A DNA stretch of 63,095 nt, the filler included, from Choristocarpus tenellus KU-1152 (Eukaryota > Protista > Phaeophyceae), in the NCBI GenBank assembly GCA_964200185.2. It is 9 parts of 9 records of this genome, joined end to end, with 100 filler letters (N's around TTAATTAATTAA, not from the genome) between each part and the next. Parts side by side here need not be neighbours in the genome. Positions count along the whole stretch, not along the records: positions 1 to 7,311 come from CAXNAD020006355.1; positions 7,412 to 11,621 come from CAXNAD020015683.1; positions 11,722 to 20,549 come from CAXNAD020004288.1; 6 more parts are not named here. One strand, 5' to 3'. A program made the translations under genes and the position numbers. A model generated the notes under the pieces. It ran no database searches. It had not been told where the DNA came from and saw only the letters and a list, made by a program, of their open reading frames with translations. This document shows positions 1-12,260 of the stretch, one piece after another; the stretch's first letter is position 1, and each line of letters starts with the position of its first letter.

Positions 1-517
1 CGTATGAAGGGTACAGGGGTTCTACCTATGACTCCAAGCAGGTACTCGTTAGCTACTACTGAATCGTCGTTTACTTCATACGGGACCATCTTTTAACACC
101 TCTCAGCCGGTAGCATCTAACCCATGCATTCCCCAACCTCCTGTACTTGCATATCCCTCTTGACCTTATTTTCGCCCCCCTTTTTTATTGTGTGGCACTT
201 ATTATTAAGAGTTGGAGACATTCTATCTGCTTATTCTGAGTCTAAAGTAGATGAAGGGGCCAACATGCAAGGAGCAGAGGAATTGTATCGTGTTTTTTTT
301 TTGTGGCAGCGAGTCAGTATATTTGAGGTCCCTCATGGTGAATGAAACAGGTGTTATCTTGGGTAATCGGGTTGGTTTCATTACCTAGCCCACTGCTGCA
401 CTATGTCACGAAATCACTTTCCTACTAAATGAAATAAATGGACCTAAATACACAATGTTTCAAACTCCAGTTCTCTCCTGTAGTAGACCATCCACGACTT
501 GCTTCTAAGTTAAGAAG

Positions 518-769
518 GATTCAAACCAAGCGAGAGGTAAGCAGGTGGACCCTGTTGCATTCAAACTCATATTTTTTGTCCTGTGCAATACACTCTATTT
601 CATTGCCATATGTGCACGTCAGTGTACACAAAATTGATATTCCCCTTTCCGTACACAAAGTGACACCATAATTCAGTCGAAGCTCATTGTGCATTGTGCA
701 AACGCATTTTTTGGCCTTTCTAGAGATTCTCCAGATGCAACCCTGCCAACCTCTCAGTTGATTTGGTTT
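518..769. mobile_element. MITE subfamily D (~250 bp), degenerate copy
   Basis: Ends GATTCAAACCAAGCGAGAGGTAAGCAGG ... CCTGCCAACCTCTCAGTTGATTTGGTTT are imperfect inverted repeats. The interior (AAAATTGATATTCCCCTTTCCGTACACAAAGTGACACC) recurs at 55256-55650. Confidence 0.7.
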
Positions 770-2756
770 ATTTTGCCTTACGGCATACAATTCCACGCAA
801 GGAAAGTACATCAATGTTAACGTATGATAAATATTTATGGGTTAGACAACCCTGGTACCTAATTTAAAATCCTGTCTTCGATACAAAAGAGAAATATGAT
901 AACTTATCGTGCAACTGGTGCCTGGGCCTTACATTCACCCCAGCATTTGTATCCTTTTATCTAATAATCTGCATACCCTATTCGTGGACCTTCAGACATA
1001 GGGATGCTCTCTTTGAGACCATTTCGAGGAATAACAGTCAGTGACCAGGGTTAGTTCCAAGGTGTCATGCTTGTCTCCCCCCTCAGAGTTCACACTGAGA
1101 ATTGGTGCAGATAGAGAAGGACTCAACTCTATGTGAAAACCTTCCATTTACCAGACACATTGCCAAGAGCTGCTATTGCGCATTTGGATATAGCATGCAT
1201 CTATTTATATTATTAAGGGGTCCTAGGTCTACTGTGCCATAAATGATGATACTCATCATAAACTCCACTTTATGATTTGATTGAGGTGTGCAATGAACTG
1301 ACACACGGAAAATGGATGGTTTCACAACGACTAAATAATAACTAAATAGTCAAGAAACGCAACATTTAAAATCTAGGACTTGAAGGTCGTGATGGGGTTT
1401 TACGAAACACATTAACACACCCATCACCTGTGACAGTCGTGGGATTGACTCCCTCATTGTCAAGCCCCTCCATAGTTGCCCCTCCTATTCTCCCCCCCAC
1501 ACACTAAAGAACATCCTGCATTTGGGCTCGGAGAATTAAAGGCTAGAAGTCCTACCTCGCCTTTTCTCTTATATTACAATTACATATATTAACCCAAACC
1601 CGTTGCATCAATATGCCTGCAAGACCCACTTCGTTCTCACCAGTCACGCACCACGGTTGTGGTTCGAACATTCCAAGTGACTACGGTCAGCTCTCTGTTC
1701 TGTAATTTCTGGCATCCCAAGGTAGATCATGAACGAGGTGTGGGACAGTTCCTCCTTTCTTGAGATCCACATTTTTTCTTCCTCGCTCCCTGGAGGTTTA
1801 TGTCCGTGTGTGCTTTGCTTCTTGACGTAAGACAGAGTAGCAAGCCCACACGGGTTAGCAATATTTAACTCCTGAATCCGACAAAGAAAACGGGCAACTG
1901 ATTTCCGCCAGGCAACTACACCTGCCACCATGTTTTCCGCTTATTATGATGGTGTAGAACTTGGACACTATTATTGCAAGGTATATTTTTTCTGTCCTCC
2001 ACCCTGTGCAACCTATCCACATTTCCGTCCTAGTTACATGGTCAATATAGATGCTTCATGGTTAAGGAGTCGATCAATCCCCCCCCTACCTACGGCGTGG
2101 TGTGTCCAGGTTGAGAGTATCAGGTATTGTAATGGAGGATTTGGAGTCACAAGAATAGTATATAGTCGAGGTTTTACTACTGAAATATTTTACTTTTTTT
2201 GCTCTGAAGTATGTTTATTGTAGATTTTTTATTTACCAAATTGTATTTTCACATACTAAACTATGTCACATAATAACAAACCTCAACACCGATTTGACTT
2301 GGTAGCAACAACGCCTTCGCATGTATACGTGAGTGGGTACTACTTATTATTACATTTGGCGGGCAAAAGTTCAAACCAAACAACACCACAACACAACAAC
2401 CAAGCACACGCCGGACAAGCACTTGGATGGAAGTCTGTTGCGTTTAATCGAAGCACTGTATACTAAGGGGCAACATTTTTGACTTAGTGTTCCCCATTGC
2501 TTTTGACTTGGAGGATCCATTTCTCGCGCCTCACACCTGATACATCTTTTGTCAACGGCAACGACGTGATAATCAACTTCTTTGGACGAACGGCTTATCA
2601 GAGACCGTGACCAAGTAGCTAAGGGACTAAACTGTTGGTTCACATGTACGAAAGAGCTATTGGTATCTAGCAGTGCGCGAGACTTGAGTGTGGATCTCTA
2701 ATCGTAGTGGTCCTTCTGGCTGGTCCTCACCGAGGCGTATTTGTTCAAAGGCAAAT

Positions 2757-4218
2757 ATGTTTGCCATTAGGCCAGTTGACGAGAACCACCTGGTTCAGGG
2801 ACAGAAGCATGGGGCTCCTTCTAAAAATCGAAAGACGTTGAAGATTTCAGGTGTGTCAGAGCAAATCGAAGAGATCGCCAAGAATCCCTGACTTGTGTTG
2901 AGGAAAGGGTAACCGTGGATCCTTCCCTGATTTCTGATCAGCACCAGGGCCCTTGTAACTATGACCAAAGTGTTTGTGGCGGCTTTTGGGGATTTCTAAG
3001 GCTCAGCAATGCGCCTAGAGCTGGTCCAGTGTCATGCATACTGTCCCGACATAGATTGCAGCCATGATTCATTTCCATATCGGTGGGTATTGTAGGAGTT
3101 GGATGCTTTGCCCTTTGACTACTGCCTCTAACTTCGCAAACATCACCTCCGTTTCTCCTAGTTCTAAAACATGCACTCCTCTCCCACCTACTGTGGGTTT
3201 ACAACTCATATTTTGGGTTGTCTCAGGTTCTGGTCCTGAAAACGCCAATGCTATTTCTGTGAAGGGTGGAAAGAGTTCCTTTGCACCGTCCAGTTCCAAG
3301 CAAAAACCTCGGCGTCGAGCTCTCGGTGACATATCAAACAAGGGGAAGGGTCTAGGTGGTTCGAGCAAGAACAAACCTCTGGGAAAGTCATCCGAGATTT
3401 CCTTTAGCATTCCCACCCAGCCCAAGCCTCCTGCCTCGAAGCCCATCACGGCCCCTGTCCGAAAGGTGGCCCCACCAGAAGTTCACGTAGAGGTGAGTTG
3501 AAATCTCACTCATCTGTCCCAGTCTTGTACACCAAGAAGTTTCCTTGCCAATTGCCATGAGCTCTTTTTGCGGGTGACATCTCTACCTTTGCCGTCGACA
3601 CTGACACTGGTGTGTGCAATCTTCATACTAACTTGTTATTTACCTTGGGCTGCACACTGATGTGCTTTGAGAAAACTAACATGCTGTCTAGAAAGTAATG
3701 CTCAACTCTGACTGATCTCATACATATTTATATGCAACAGATTAGCATTGAGTACTTCCATATTTAGTATGTTTGAGTTAGTGCTCGTGGTTATGGTTAT
3801 GGATGGTAACTGTCGAGAGATATTGGCAAAAGTGGAAATTGCTGCAGTGAAAAACGACCTTTAGCCTGTGGTGGTACCCCATGCGTCTCATCACAAACCT
3901 TCGATAGTACAAATTCAAAGATGTACACCGCGCCACCCATGAACTGGAGCCGCAATTTTTCTGTCAGAAAGTCATGCAGCTCTATACACTACACTGACAC
4001 GTATCCAACCCGACGAAGTACCACACCACACAATATATGTATGTTTGTAACCTTGTCCCTTTGATTATCTTGTCCTTTGGGACCGCACACAACAGGAGCC
4101 TGAAGAAGCCATGGGACGTCTTGGTGAAGAGGAAGAGGTCCTAGTTGAGAAGAAACTGACTGAGCGCATAAGTTTGCCCTTTGATGACCTTGACCACCCT
4201 GATTTCTTTTCCAAGTGC
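2757..4218 (+). CDS. Short disordered DEN-box/D-box protein; candidate securin/PATRONUS-like APC/C substrate (3' end unresolved)
   Basis: Phase-consistent exons 2757-2850 (G|gt), 3227-3492 (GAG|gtgagt) and 4096-~4218 give MFAIRPVDENHLVQGQKHGAPSKNRKTLKISGSGPENANAISVKGGKSSFAPSSSKQKPRRRALGDISNK...PEVHVEEPEEAMGRLGEEEEVLVEKKLTERISLPFDDLDHPDFFSK. RRALGDISN is a canonical RxxLxxxxN D-box. Further exons may lie at 5089-5380 and ~5738. Confidence 0.7.
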
Positions 4219-6579
4219 GTAAGCTGCGTTGTTGGCTTTAGTGGCTACATGCCGGTTTCTCCGAGCGTGTCCTGTAGTGAACCCCCCTTTTATTTTGGAG
4301 AGGTAGTCTGTTCGTAAAGTTGCAGCCTCATTTAGGCTCTTGTTGGGGGGGTTATCTTTTTTGGTCGTGATACGTACCACAGAGTTTCAAAATTTGCTGC
4401 TGATGTTGCTCCACTGAAGCAGCAGCATTCTCACCTTGGCTTCCATGTAGCTTCTTTATCCCTACTCCCTCTCCCACCAACATGCCATCCTACCTCGAAC
4501 AGTTCATCTCCTTATTCTGTTGGCTACTCCTGTAGCAGCATCATGTGACTATTTGTTTGGTTGATATTTGTGGGATATTTGTGTCTCCTCTGGTGTCACA
4601 TTAGTCTAAGGTTGGTACTGATCATGCTGACCGAATTACCTTATTTTTTTTGTTCAACTACACTTTTGCACACTATTCAAGAATCTGCGACATCATCTTG
4701 AATAGTAGCCTCATGGTATCTCTTTCAAGACGCCTTGAAAATATTTGAGCGAACCGTTCACAGCAACTAACCACACCACATTTCTTGCTATTGAAATCCT
4801 TTGCTCTCTGTTTTGAATCTCTTTGAAAAAGCAACAACTGGTTCAAACTTGCTCTTCTGCATTTGCAATTGTTACTGCATACAGATTCTCAGAGATCACC
4901 CTTGATTCTTTCTTCCCCGGTGCAGGGGGGGGGGGGGGTAAATAACTGTACAAGGATGTATAAAGTTAAACAGTACAGGTTGAATGTTTTTCCGGTGTGA
5001 TACTTACTCTTAATATATTTATTTTTGTTGTGTTCTCACACGGGTAAGGAAGGTTGATATTTCAGTGATATTTCAGTAACCTTTCCAGGACACTTCTTGG
5101 AAAGGTTCACATCCCCTGGAATGGAATTTATCACAAGTTGTGCAAGACTGATTGCACATCGACTTCTTCCTCTGTGCCCCTCTTGCGCAATGTGGGGGAT
5201 GCTTGTGGTTTTTGTGATACCCAGTGACATTATTGGGTGTGGTAGTGCTCAGGGTCTAGGATTGGAGGAAGGATCAAAGGAGGGGGTGGGGTCCAATGTG
5301 GGTACAGATGTTCATTTGAAGAAATTGGACCTTGAGATGAAGAGGGATCTGGAGTGGATGCGCTTGGCTGATGTTGATGGTGAGCGGAATGTGTTGGTTA
5401 GAACTAGTTCCAAGAATAAAGCATGCCTATTTTTTCCGAATTTGTCCTTGTGTTGGTAAAACTGTGCAACCAGTATATGTGTATGTATATATGTATGTAT
5501 GTGTATGTATATATATAGTGAGATACGAACTGTATAAGGACGTTGGGGTAGGGTTAGGGATACATGAGATGATGATGCTATTGAATTGATTATACTGGCT
5601 CTGCTGTGCTATTCCTTGGATTATTATTGTCACGAATTTGTTTTTATTCATGTGTAAAATATTATTCTGTAGGAGAAACAATGGGTTGTTGAACTATTGT
5701 TGGATAACGAGATAATTGATAGTAATGTCTTTGTCAGGTGACTACGAGAATATTATCTGGGTTATTACAGTACCATGAGAAGTATCCTAGAAAAGGAATG
5801 TTGTAGCAAGTAGCACAGGTTGAGTGACGAGTTATTAGTGATCAGGGATGAGTGAAAGGTTTATCCCCCCCCCCTGCTTGGATTGTGTTTCTCACTCCAT
5901 CTTTCTACCAGCTATAACATAACTGGGAAGGGATTAATCTACATATTTAGACTTGCAATTCTGCATCTTCTTTAACAATTATTATTGATGTTTATTGTAG
6001 AGTTACTGGGGAGTGGGGTTAGGTTTCTATGTGTGTATCTTGCAAAGATTTGAAGAGTGTCAAGGCTGCAAAGGGATGTGTGTCTTAATAGGTAAATGGT
6101 ATGGTTAGGGCAATCTATTCTAAGTGACTACTACTTCATTGCCTACCTTGATACTTTAGGTCACTGGAGGGGCCCACAAACCCCATGATCTGTCTATTTT
6201 ACCCAGCCTTAATGCTGTTAGTAAGAACATTTGAGATGTAAGGTGGAACCCAGCAGCCAGTGTGTACTCCTACCAAACTGAACTATGTATATGAAACTGA
6301 ACTATGTATCAGTATATTCTACCTTTTTTTGATTGGCTGAAATGGAATTTGTGAACGTCCTGATTGGCTTATGCTCGAACTCCTTCGCTTGTAATGTGTA
6401 CTGAGTCTTCCCCCTTGCCAGAGAGAAATCTTATTTTGCCATTTTACCCTTAAGTGTAATGCCATGTTTTATTTTTTTTCATATTTCTGAGCTTGGAAGA
6501 ATAAAATGTGGAGTGCAATAGTGGACTCATTTTTTTGAGATGTATATGGATGGGACCTTGGGGGCAATGGCATCTGTGT

Positions 6580-7187
6580 GTAACCCTAACCCTAACCCCA
6601 CCAGGCCGAGCCTCGAACACTGAAATTTCACTCGGAAGACTTGTGATTGCAAGGTTAGGCACTTGCTATGGGTAGGTTGATGGTGCTTGGATTTTGTGGA
6701 CGTTGCCTGACCCAACTCTATCCGAGATCACCCTATAACCCTAACCCTAACACCTGTAACCACAAGTTGTTGCTTCTGATTTTGGGTTAGGGTTAGGGTT
6801 AGGGTCGATTGATGAATTAGGGTTAGGGTCAGGGTCGGTTTGATGAATTAGGGTTAGGGTTAGGGTCGATTTGATGGATTGCAACTATTTACAGGTTGAA
6901 CGTGGTCAACCTTCCACTGTGGTGAATCCTTGGACTTCCATTGCGTTGGCTCTAGAATTTTCTCTCAGATCTTTGTTTTGCAGGCTTATTATTGTGGGAG
7001 GTGCCTTGCACAACCATACCTTTGCTTGTGTGGCATTTGGTTAGGGTTAGGGCTAGGGTTGGGGTTGGTGGATCATAGTTGTTGAAAGCTGTAGCCCAGT
7101 CTGTTTTTGTGAGGGGTATGTTTGTCATCATTCCACTCACCGATTCATCCTATCAAAGGAGAAGTTGTATAAGGTGGGTTAGGGTTA
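6580..7187. repeat. Cluster of interstitial telomere-like (TTAGGG/CCCTAA)n tracts including a composite minisatellite
   Basis: CCCTAA tracts at ~6580-6598 and ~6737-6750. Three units of (TTAGGG)3-4+TCGATT(T)GATGAA at ~6784-6878. TTAGGG-like tracts at ~7039-7064 and ~7176-7187. Confidence 0.85.
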
Positions 7188-7311
7188 CTACATTGAATAT
7201 TTTTGGTATGAAGTGAAAGACTTTTGACACTTGTTCCCAATGGTGTTCAGGTATAGAGCAGGAAGAGAGCAGCTTTACACCAGACCACCCGTTAACTGGG
7301 CCACCTTGGGG

Positions 7312-7411
7312 NNNNNNNNNNNNNNNNNNNNNNNNNNNNNNNNNNNNNNNNNNNNTTAATTAATTAANNNNNNNNNNNNNNNNNNNNNNNNNNNNNNNNN
7401 NNNNNNNNNNN
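7312..7411. other. Artificial scaffold linker N44-TTAATTAATTAA-N44 (also 11622-11721, 20550-20649, 37684-37783, 40841-40940, 51227-51326, 54716-54815, 59443-59542)
   Basis: The same 100-bp structure occurs eight times, and the 12-mer has stop codons in all six frames. A separate 10-N gap lies at 44547-44556. Confidence 0.97.
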
Positions 7412-10400
7412 ATCGGCATTGGGGTCCATAGCAAGGTCTCCGCCTATCCCACTCCATTCTGTGTTGTGCATGTATCGCTTTACGCTAACCTTCACCCGCC
7501 CATCACCGCCTTTTTCAACGCAAAAAGCCCTGTAGCTCGTGATGTTGGGGACACGGTTGACACGACCGCGAAGGAGTCCCTTGAAATTTCCCTTGTTCCG
7601 CAGGGCCTTGTAGTATACTGGAACCTCCGTGTAGGAGGCCTGCAGCTCTTCACCCAGCTGTGTTCTTGCGAATATGTTTTTGCCTTTTATTCCACGTGAA
7701 AACCTGAACATGAAATGCAGCAAGTTAATTTCGAGGCGGGGGCGAAAGAAGCGAAGTGGATAAGCAGGATATATATGCAGGCACATGCTCTGATGCATGT
7801 ATATGGAAAAATCAATATTATATTGGGTGATGCGTACATTTTTTTTCATTGCTTTGTTTCGAGAGTATGTTACGAAACAGTTTTGGCAACAAGCGTGAGC
7901 TGCAAGCCTCGAGGCTGTACCTGTCGGTATGAAAACCCTATGTGGCTATCGAACTTGCATATCTTGCCTAATTACCTGGAGAAGATCTGATCGATTTTGA
8001 TGTGCGTGTGCCCCATCATCATAAAATGTACCTATACCACACGAATGACACTCGCCGCAACCAACTGCCCCGCGTATCGGAGAAAAAAATTGTTCTTGTT
8101 CTCTGAGACGCAGTTGTCGACCTGGCCAGTTTGGCGAGTTGGGAGCGAGGGAGGGATGGGCGTGAGGCCAATATGTCAGCCCATTTCGCCGCGTTTCGTG
8201 GAGGAACAGGGTAGGTTTCCAGTATTGCTAGAGCGCAATCTCTATATCACCGCCATCACACATACAGGTTGCAACACACAAACAAAACTAAAGACCGTGC
8301 AGTTAGTTACTTGGTGACTGGTATTCAGCGAGTATGTGTTGAGTAGGTCGTGTCAAGATGACACCTTCTTACCTGCCAATGCGCGTGCTGGATGATGCAA
8401 TCCCCCGAGTCATCGAGGCTGTTGCGGTACTTGTCGATAATCCTTGTGAGGGCAAGGTGGGTGGCTGTGCAGACAAGGTTACAACCTGCGCGAACAATGA
8501 TGTTCAACAAATGTTGGCAAAAAGTACTCTGCTCATTAACGCATTGTTTATTTGGAGCTAAAAAGAGGGGTAATGTAATTTGTTTATGCAATGTAGAGGA
8601 CATACGCCCATACGGCTGATGTACATGTCTGCGATCTCCACTACCCATTGATTAGCTCTTAGGCTAGTCTACAGTACGTACCTCCTCCAAGATTGATAGG
8701 AGTGAAGAACACCTCCGCGAACTGGCCTTCGACATGTGCGGCCATGATCTTCTGGCGCTCGGAGTAGCCCCTGATAAGGGGGACATGAACGAAAGGAACA
8801 TGTAAAGAAAGGTCATCATGATGAAGGGAATAGGTAGTGGAATTGTGTGCGTTTGTTTAGGCGATTATTTCTTGGGACTTTGCACTCATCCGTAGGATAA
8901 AACATGGTCGTCTATTCTTGTCGGATGGACTATGCGTGCGTGTGGTTACCTGTCACCGCCGTGGGTAGGTGGGTAAAGTGCTGGGAGGGCGTGTGCTGTC
9001 TGATTTGCGGCGTCTACGGACATGAACACGAACCGAGAGGTTTGCCGTCGGCTTTGGTCCGCATGGCGTTGCTGGTGCTGTTGGCGATGACCAGACGATG
9101 CGCTTTGATAATCTGGCGAATGGGGGACAGCAACATCACGTGAATTAATCAAATAAATCTGCTCAGAGTTAAAAAATATATATATTGCCGCTTTTTAACA
9201 CGTATTAGGTTATTTAGAAACAAAAATGTAGTCTGGGTAGCAATAGATGTTAGTATTGGGATATGTTTTTTATTGCTGCGTTCAAGACAAACACCAAGTT
9301 ATCGGGATGGTAGGAAGTACGCACGTACCGGGCCGGAAGACCGCTATATGACCTGTCCCTCCCACAGCCCGTTGTACACTACCAGGAAGCAGTCTGTCTT
9401 AGAAGGTGTTTGGGCAGCTAATAACAGCAAGTTTTGCGGTGAGTGAGGCTACTGCTGCTGCCATAAACACCTATGTGGGAGTCTTCATTCGCAAAAGGAC
9501 ACGGATTTACTTCAAAACGGAGGGCAATGACGGTGACATGTTGTCACTGTACCCTTGTTGCAAAATTAACGCTGGACACCTACCTGTCGATGGTCTGACA
9601 GCTCCTTATTGATAGAATCGAGGACGGTGGAGTCGTTCGTGGTTTTACGCCAGGCGCACCGTGCCGCTTCTCTTTTAACGTGACACACATGTCACATTTC
9701 ATAAACTCGCCTCCTACCCTCACCCGGATGTTGGGCCAGTCCTCTATGAGCAATCGGAGGAACTACTTCTTGCTTACCCGCTTGGAAAGGTCATCAGGAT
9801 ACACCCGTATTGCCTCTTTGCAAAAATCCTTGTATAGCTCCTAATTAAAAATGTTGGTTGTGTGGGCAAGCGAGGAGCTATTGAGAAGGAACACTCGAAG
9901 AACACCCCTGCAACATCTCTCGAAGGCAGACTGACCAATAACTTGACTGAGAACGCGGAAGACAGGATCAAGCAAGCTTACATCGTGTGTTACAAAAGAG
10001 CATATACAACAATCTGATTAAATCTGCCATGAGCGTCATTCGGTTCGGGCCTTGCTGCCGTTTGCAGAGGTGACAAAGGAAGCGAATCTACCATCATCAT
10101 CATCATCGCGAAGCGCTTTGGACATACGAAGTACACACTTTTCCTAGAGTGAAAGTATCTTGGAGGGTACGAGTTTTGCCCTGTTTGTCCATTTGGGGCT
10201 TGGCTTCCCATGGGGTTTTTTTATGACATTTTTACCTACTCCAAAATGCTTTCGAGTAGGTAAAATGAAATACAATATGAAGAGGTGTGTCCAGAACATG
10301 GATATTGACACTTACTAATAAACACGATAGTCAAAATTATATCAAAATCGCGACATTGGATTTTGACCCCCAAATGGACGCGGCCCTACCCTCTAAGATA

Positions 10401-11621
10401 CTTTGGCTCCTACCAATTTCAGACCGGGCCCGGGGCCGCAGAGTATGTGTGCTCGACGTTGAAATAACATTTATTGTGTCTTCCTTCGTAAAATCGACAA
10501 CGAGTATCATCATGAATATTGATATATCGACATAGCAAACGAAAAAGATATCACTTTGTATGAATCTTGACATGTTCTTTTAACCATAATATCAAACCGG
10601 TCAAGGTAATGAACATCCACCACTCGAAATACTACTTAGATCCACCTTTTCTACGTACTGCCGGGTCACACGGTTTGTATCTAACTCCAACACAGGGTAC
10701 AGCCAACCTCTCCACAACCAAGGGCAAAACCGACCTGTTTGTTCGCGGTGTAGATTACAATTGTTGACTTGTGAGGCATGAACTGCTCGTATGTAATAGC
10801 CCAGTCGTCTATCCAGGACATCACCAGGTCTCGCTTCGGACTCATGTCCTTATCTTTGTTCGTGCCCTTCCTGTTGTAGTAGCGCACGTATGTACATGAA
10901 TGGTTGTGATATGTGTTGGAGGTGGATACGAGGGACAGGGGATGGAATTCTAGAGGTATCATATGCCAGTAGCGGATCATATACTCTGTATATATTTACG
11001 CATGATACATGATGCAGCAGCGCGGGGACGGTCGGATGAGATGATATTGTTGAAGCATGAAAAAATATCGCTCGTGCATATATATACATAGGTCAGTCAT
11101 TACTCCCCGCTTGAGGGATCTCTAGCTTTGCATATCAGACATCTAGGCATGGTAACTGCAAAGTGAACCGGGTGAGTACGGTCGGATCACATTGTTCTCA
11201 GATAGGACTATTACTGTGTGTTCAAGCAGGGGGGAAATAAGACCTTGGTACAAGTGACACTGTGTGTACATACTTCAAACCCACCTCTCCACATCACTTG
11301 CGTTAGGTGTACCTTTGCAGGCGTCGATGACATGATTGGATATCCCGAACGGTGCCTTGAAGAACTTCGTACAGACGGGAATGCCGGCCGCGAGCATAGA
11401 TCCACATCTAGGTCCCCACTTAATCACAGGTACACACTCGACAACGAACTCCTTGCGATCGTGGCGGTTGTCACACGCCTGGGTGATGTCCTGCTCTTTG
11501 GCCAAGGTGCGTGCATGCCATCTGCCGCGAACTTCTGCACACAGGCTAAGCGCGTGCAGCAGCCATGCTGTTCATTGACTGGGATGGGTTCAACCCATTC
11601 CAGTTGAAGCTTGGCGCCGGT
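7412..11621 (-). pseudogene. Intron-containing Sola-like (DUF7869-type) DDE transposase gene, disrupted; both ends lost at gaps
   Basis: Minus-strand exons encode HGCCTRLACVQKF..GIPVCTKFFKAPFGIS (~11275-11600), WIDDWAITYEQFMPHKSTIVIYTANKQ (to 10735), ELYKDFCKE (9778-9840), FMSVDAANQTAHALP (~8950-9100), KIMAAHVEG..LGG|GCNLVCT..HWQ|VDNCVSENKN..V*VHFMMMGHTHIKIDQIFS|RFSRGIK..RAFCVEK..VKRYMHNTEW. DNCxxENKN and GHTHxxIDQxFS are the catalytic-core motifs of this family. There is an in-frame TAG at 8032-8034. Confidence 0.8.
10147..10409. mobile_element. MITE subfamily A (~260 bp)
   Basis: TIRs GAGTGAAAGTATCTTGGAGGGTA / TACCCTCTAAGATACTTTGGCTC with flanks CTA|...|CTA. It sits in an intron of the transposase pseudogene. 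Confidence 0.9.
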
Positions 11622-11829
11622 NNNNNNNNNNNNNNNNNNNNNNNNNNNNNNNNNNNNNNNNNNNNTTAATTAATTAANNNNNNNNNNNNNNNNNNNNNNN
11701 NNNNNNNNNNNNNNNNNNNNNGTGTTCGACGTCCATCATGGTTTGGAGTACAATAGGAGACGCTTCACGTCCGTGGCCAAAGATTTCGTCGACGGTCACT
11801 CGCTTATTGCATGTGAACAGCATCCCATC

Positions 11830-12260
11830 ATTGTGCGCGAGAAGTATCATGTCCTGGTGGCTTTTGAGATGGTTGTCTGTGCCTGATTGAGGGCGCCCCC
11901 CCCTCTGTCACATCTGCCCTCCACATATCCTTCCTAGTCAGAGCTAACAAGTGTTCATAGCGAAGAACAACCAACTGCATGATGAGCCAGTCAAAAGCAG
12001 TCCAATCGTGCCGGGCAGCGCTACTGCTGGCCTTGGCACCCACCATAACCACCAAAAATGCACTGAGGTCTTGAGGCCTCCCAACTAGCTTGTTCTTGGT
12101 GTGAATCATGAAATTGAAGTAGGTTTGTACCTCCCGGCCAACTAATCAAAGTCCCAACATCAAGTGCCTTTTTCTGAAACATTTTTCTTTCCCCAGGCCC
12201 CTCCCATACTTCATCTCCCTTTGATCGCAAAGGCCTTAGCCAGTACCTCATGGTAGGCAT
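11830..12260 (-). mobile_element. Degenerate hAT transposase C-terminal (dimerisation domain) relic
   Basis: GAKASSSAARHDWTAFDWL..LVVLRYEHLL resembles the hAT ASSSxCERxWSxF...LVxxxYN motif. The frames are broken. Confidence 0.45.

Noticed and set aside
3227-3492. Cyclin A/B N-terminus, given the D-box RRALGDISN
   Set aside because: No cyclin-box exon (MRxILxDW-like) was seen in the remaining ~3 kb of the contig, and the acidic segment follows directly. Not fully excluded until the 3' end is known.
6784-6880. CRISPR-like repeat-spacer array
   Set aside because: The spacers are near-identical and short, the repeats are telomeric hexamers, the context is eukaryotic and there are no cas genes.
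6580-7311. True chromosome end
   Set aside because: The tracts are only 2-4 units long, occur in both orientations and are interspersed with unique sequence.
7356-7367. Recurrent TTAATTAATTAA as a biological motif or piggyBac/Sola3 target site
   Set aside because: It is always centred in 44+44 Ns, so it is an assembly linker. Adjacency of neighbouring contigs cannot be assumed.
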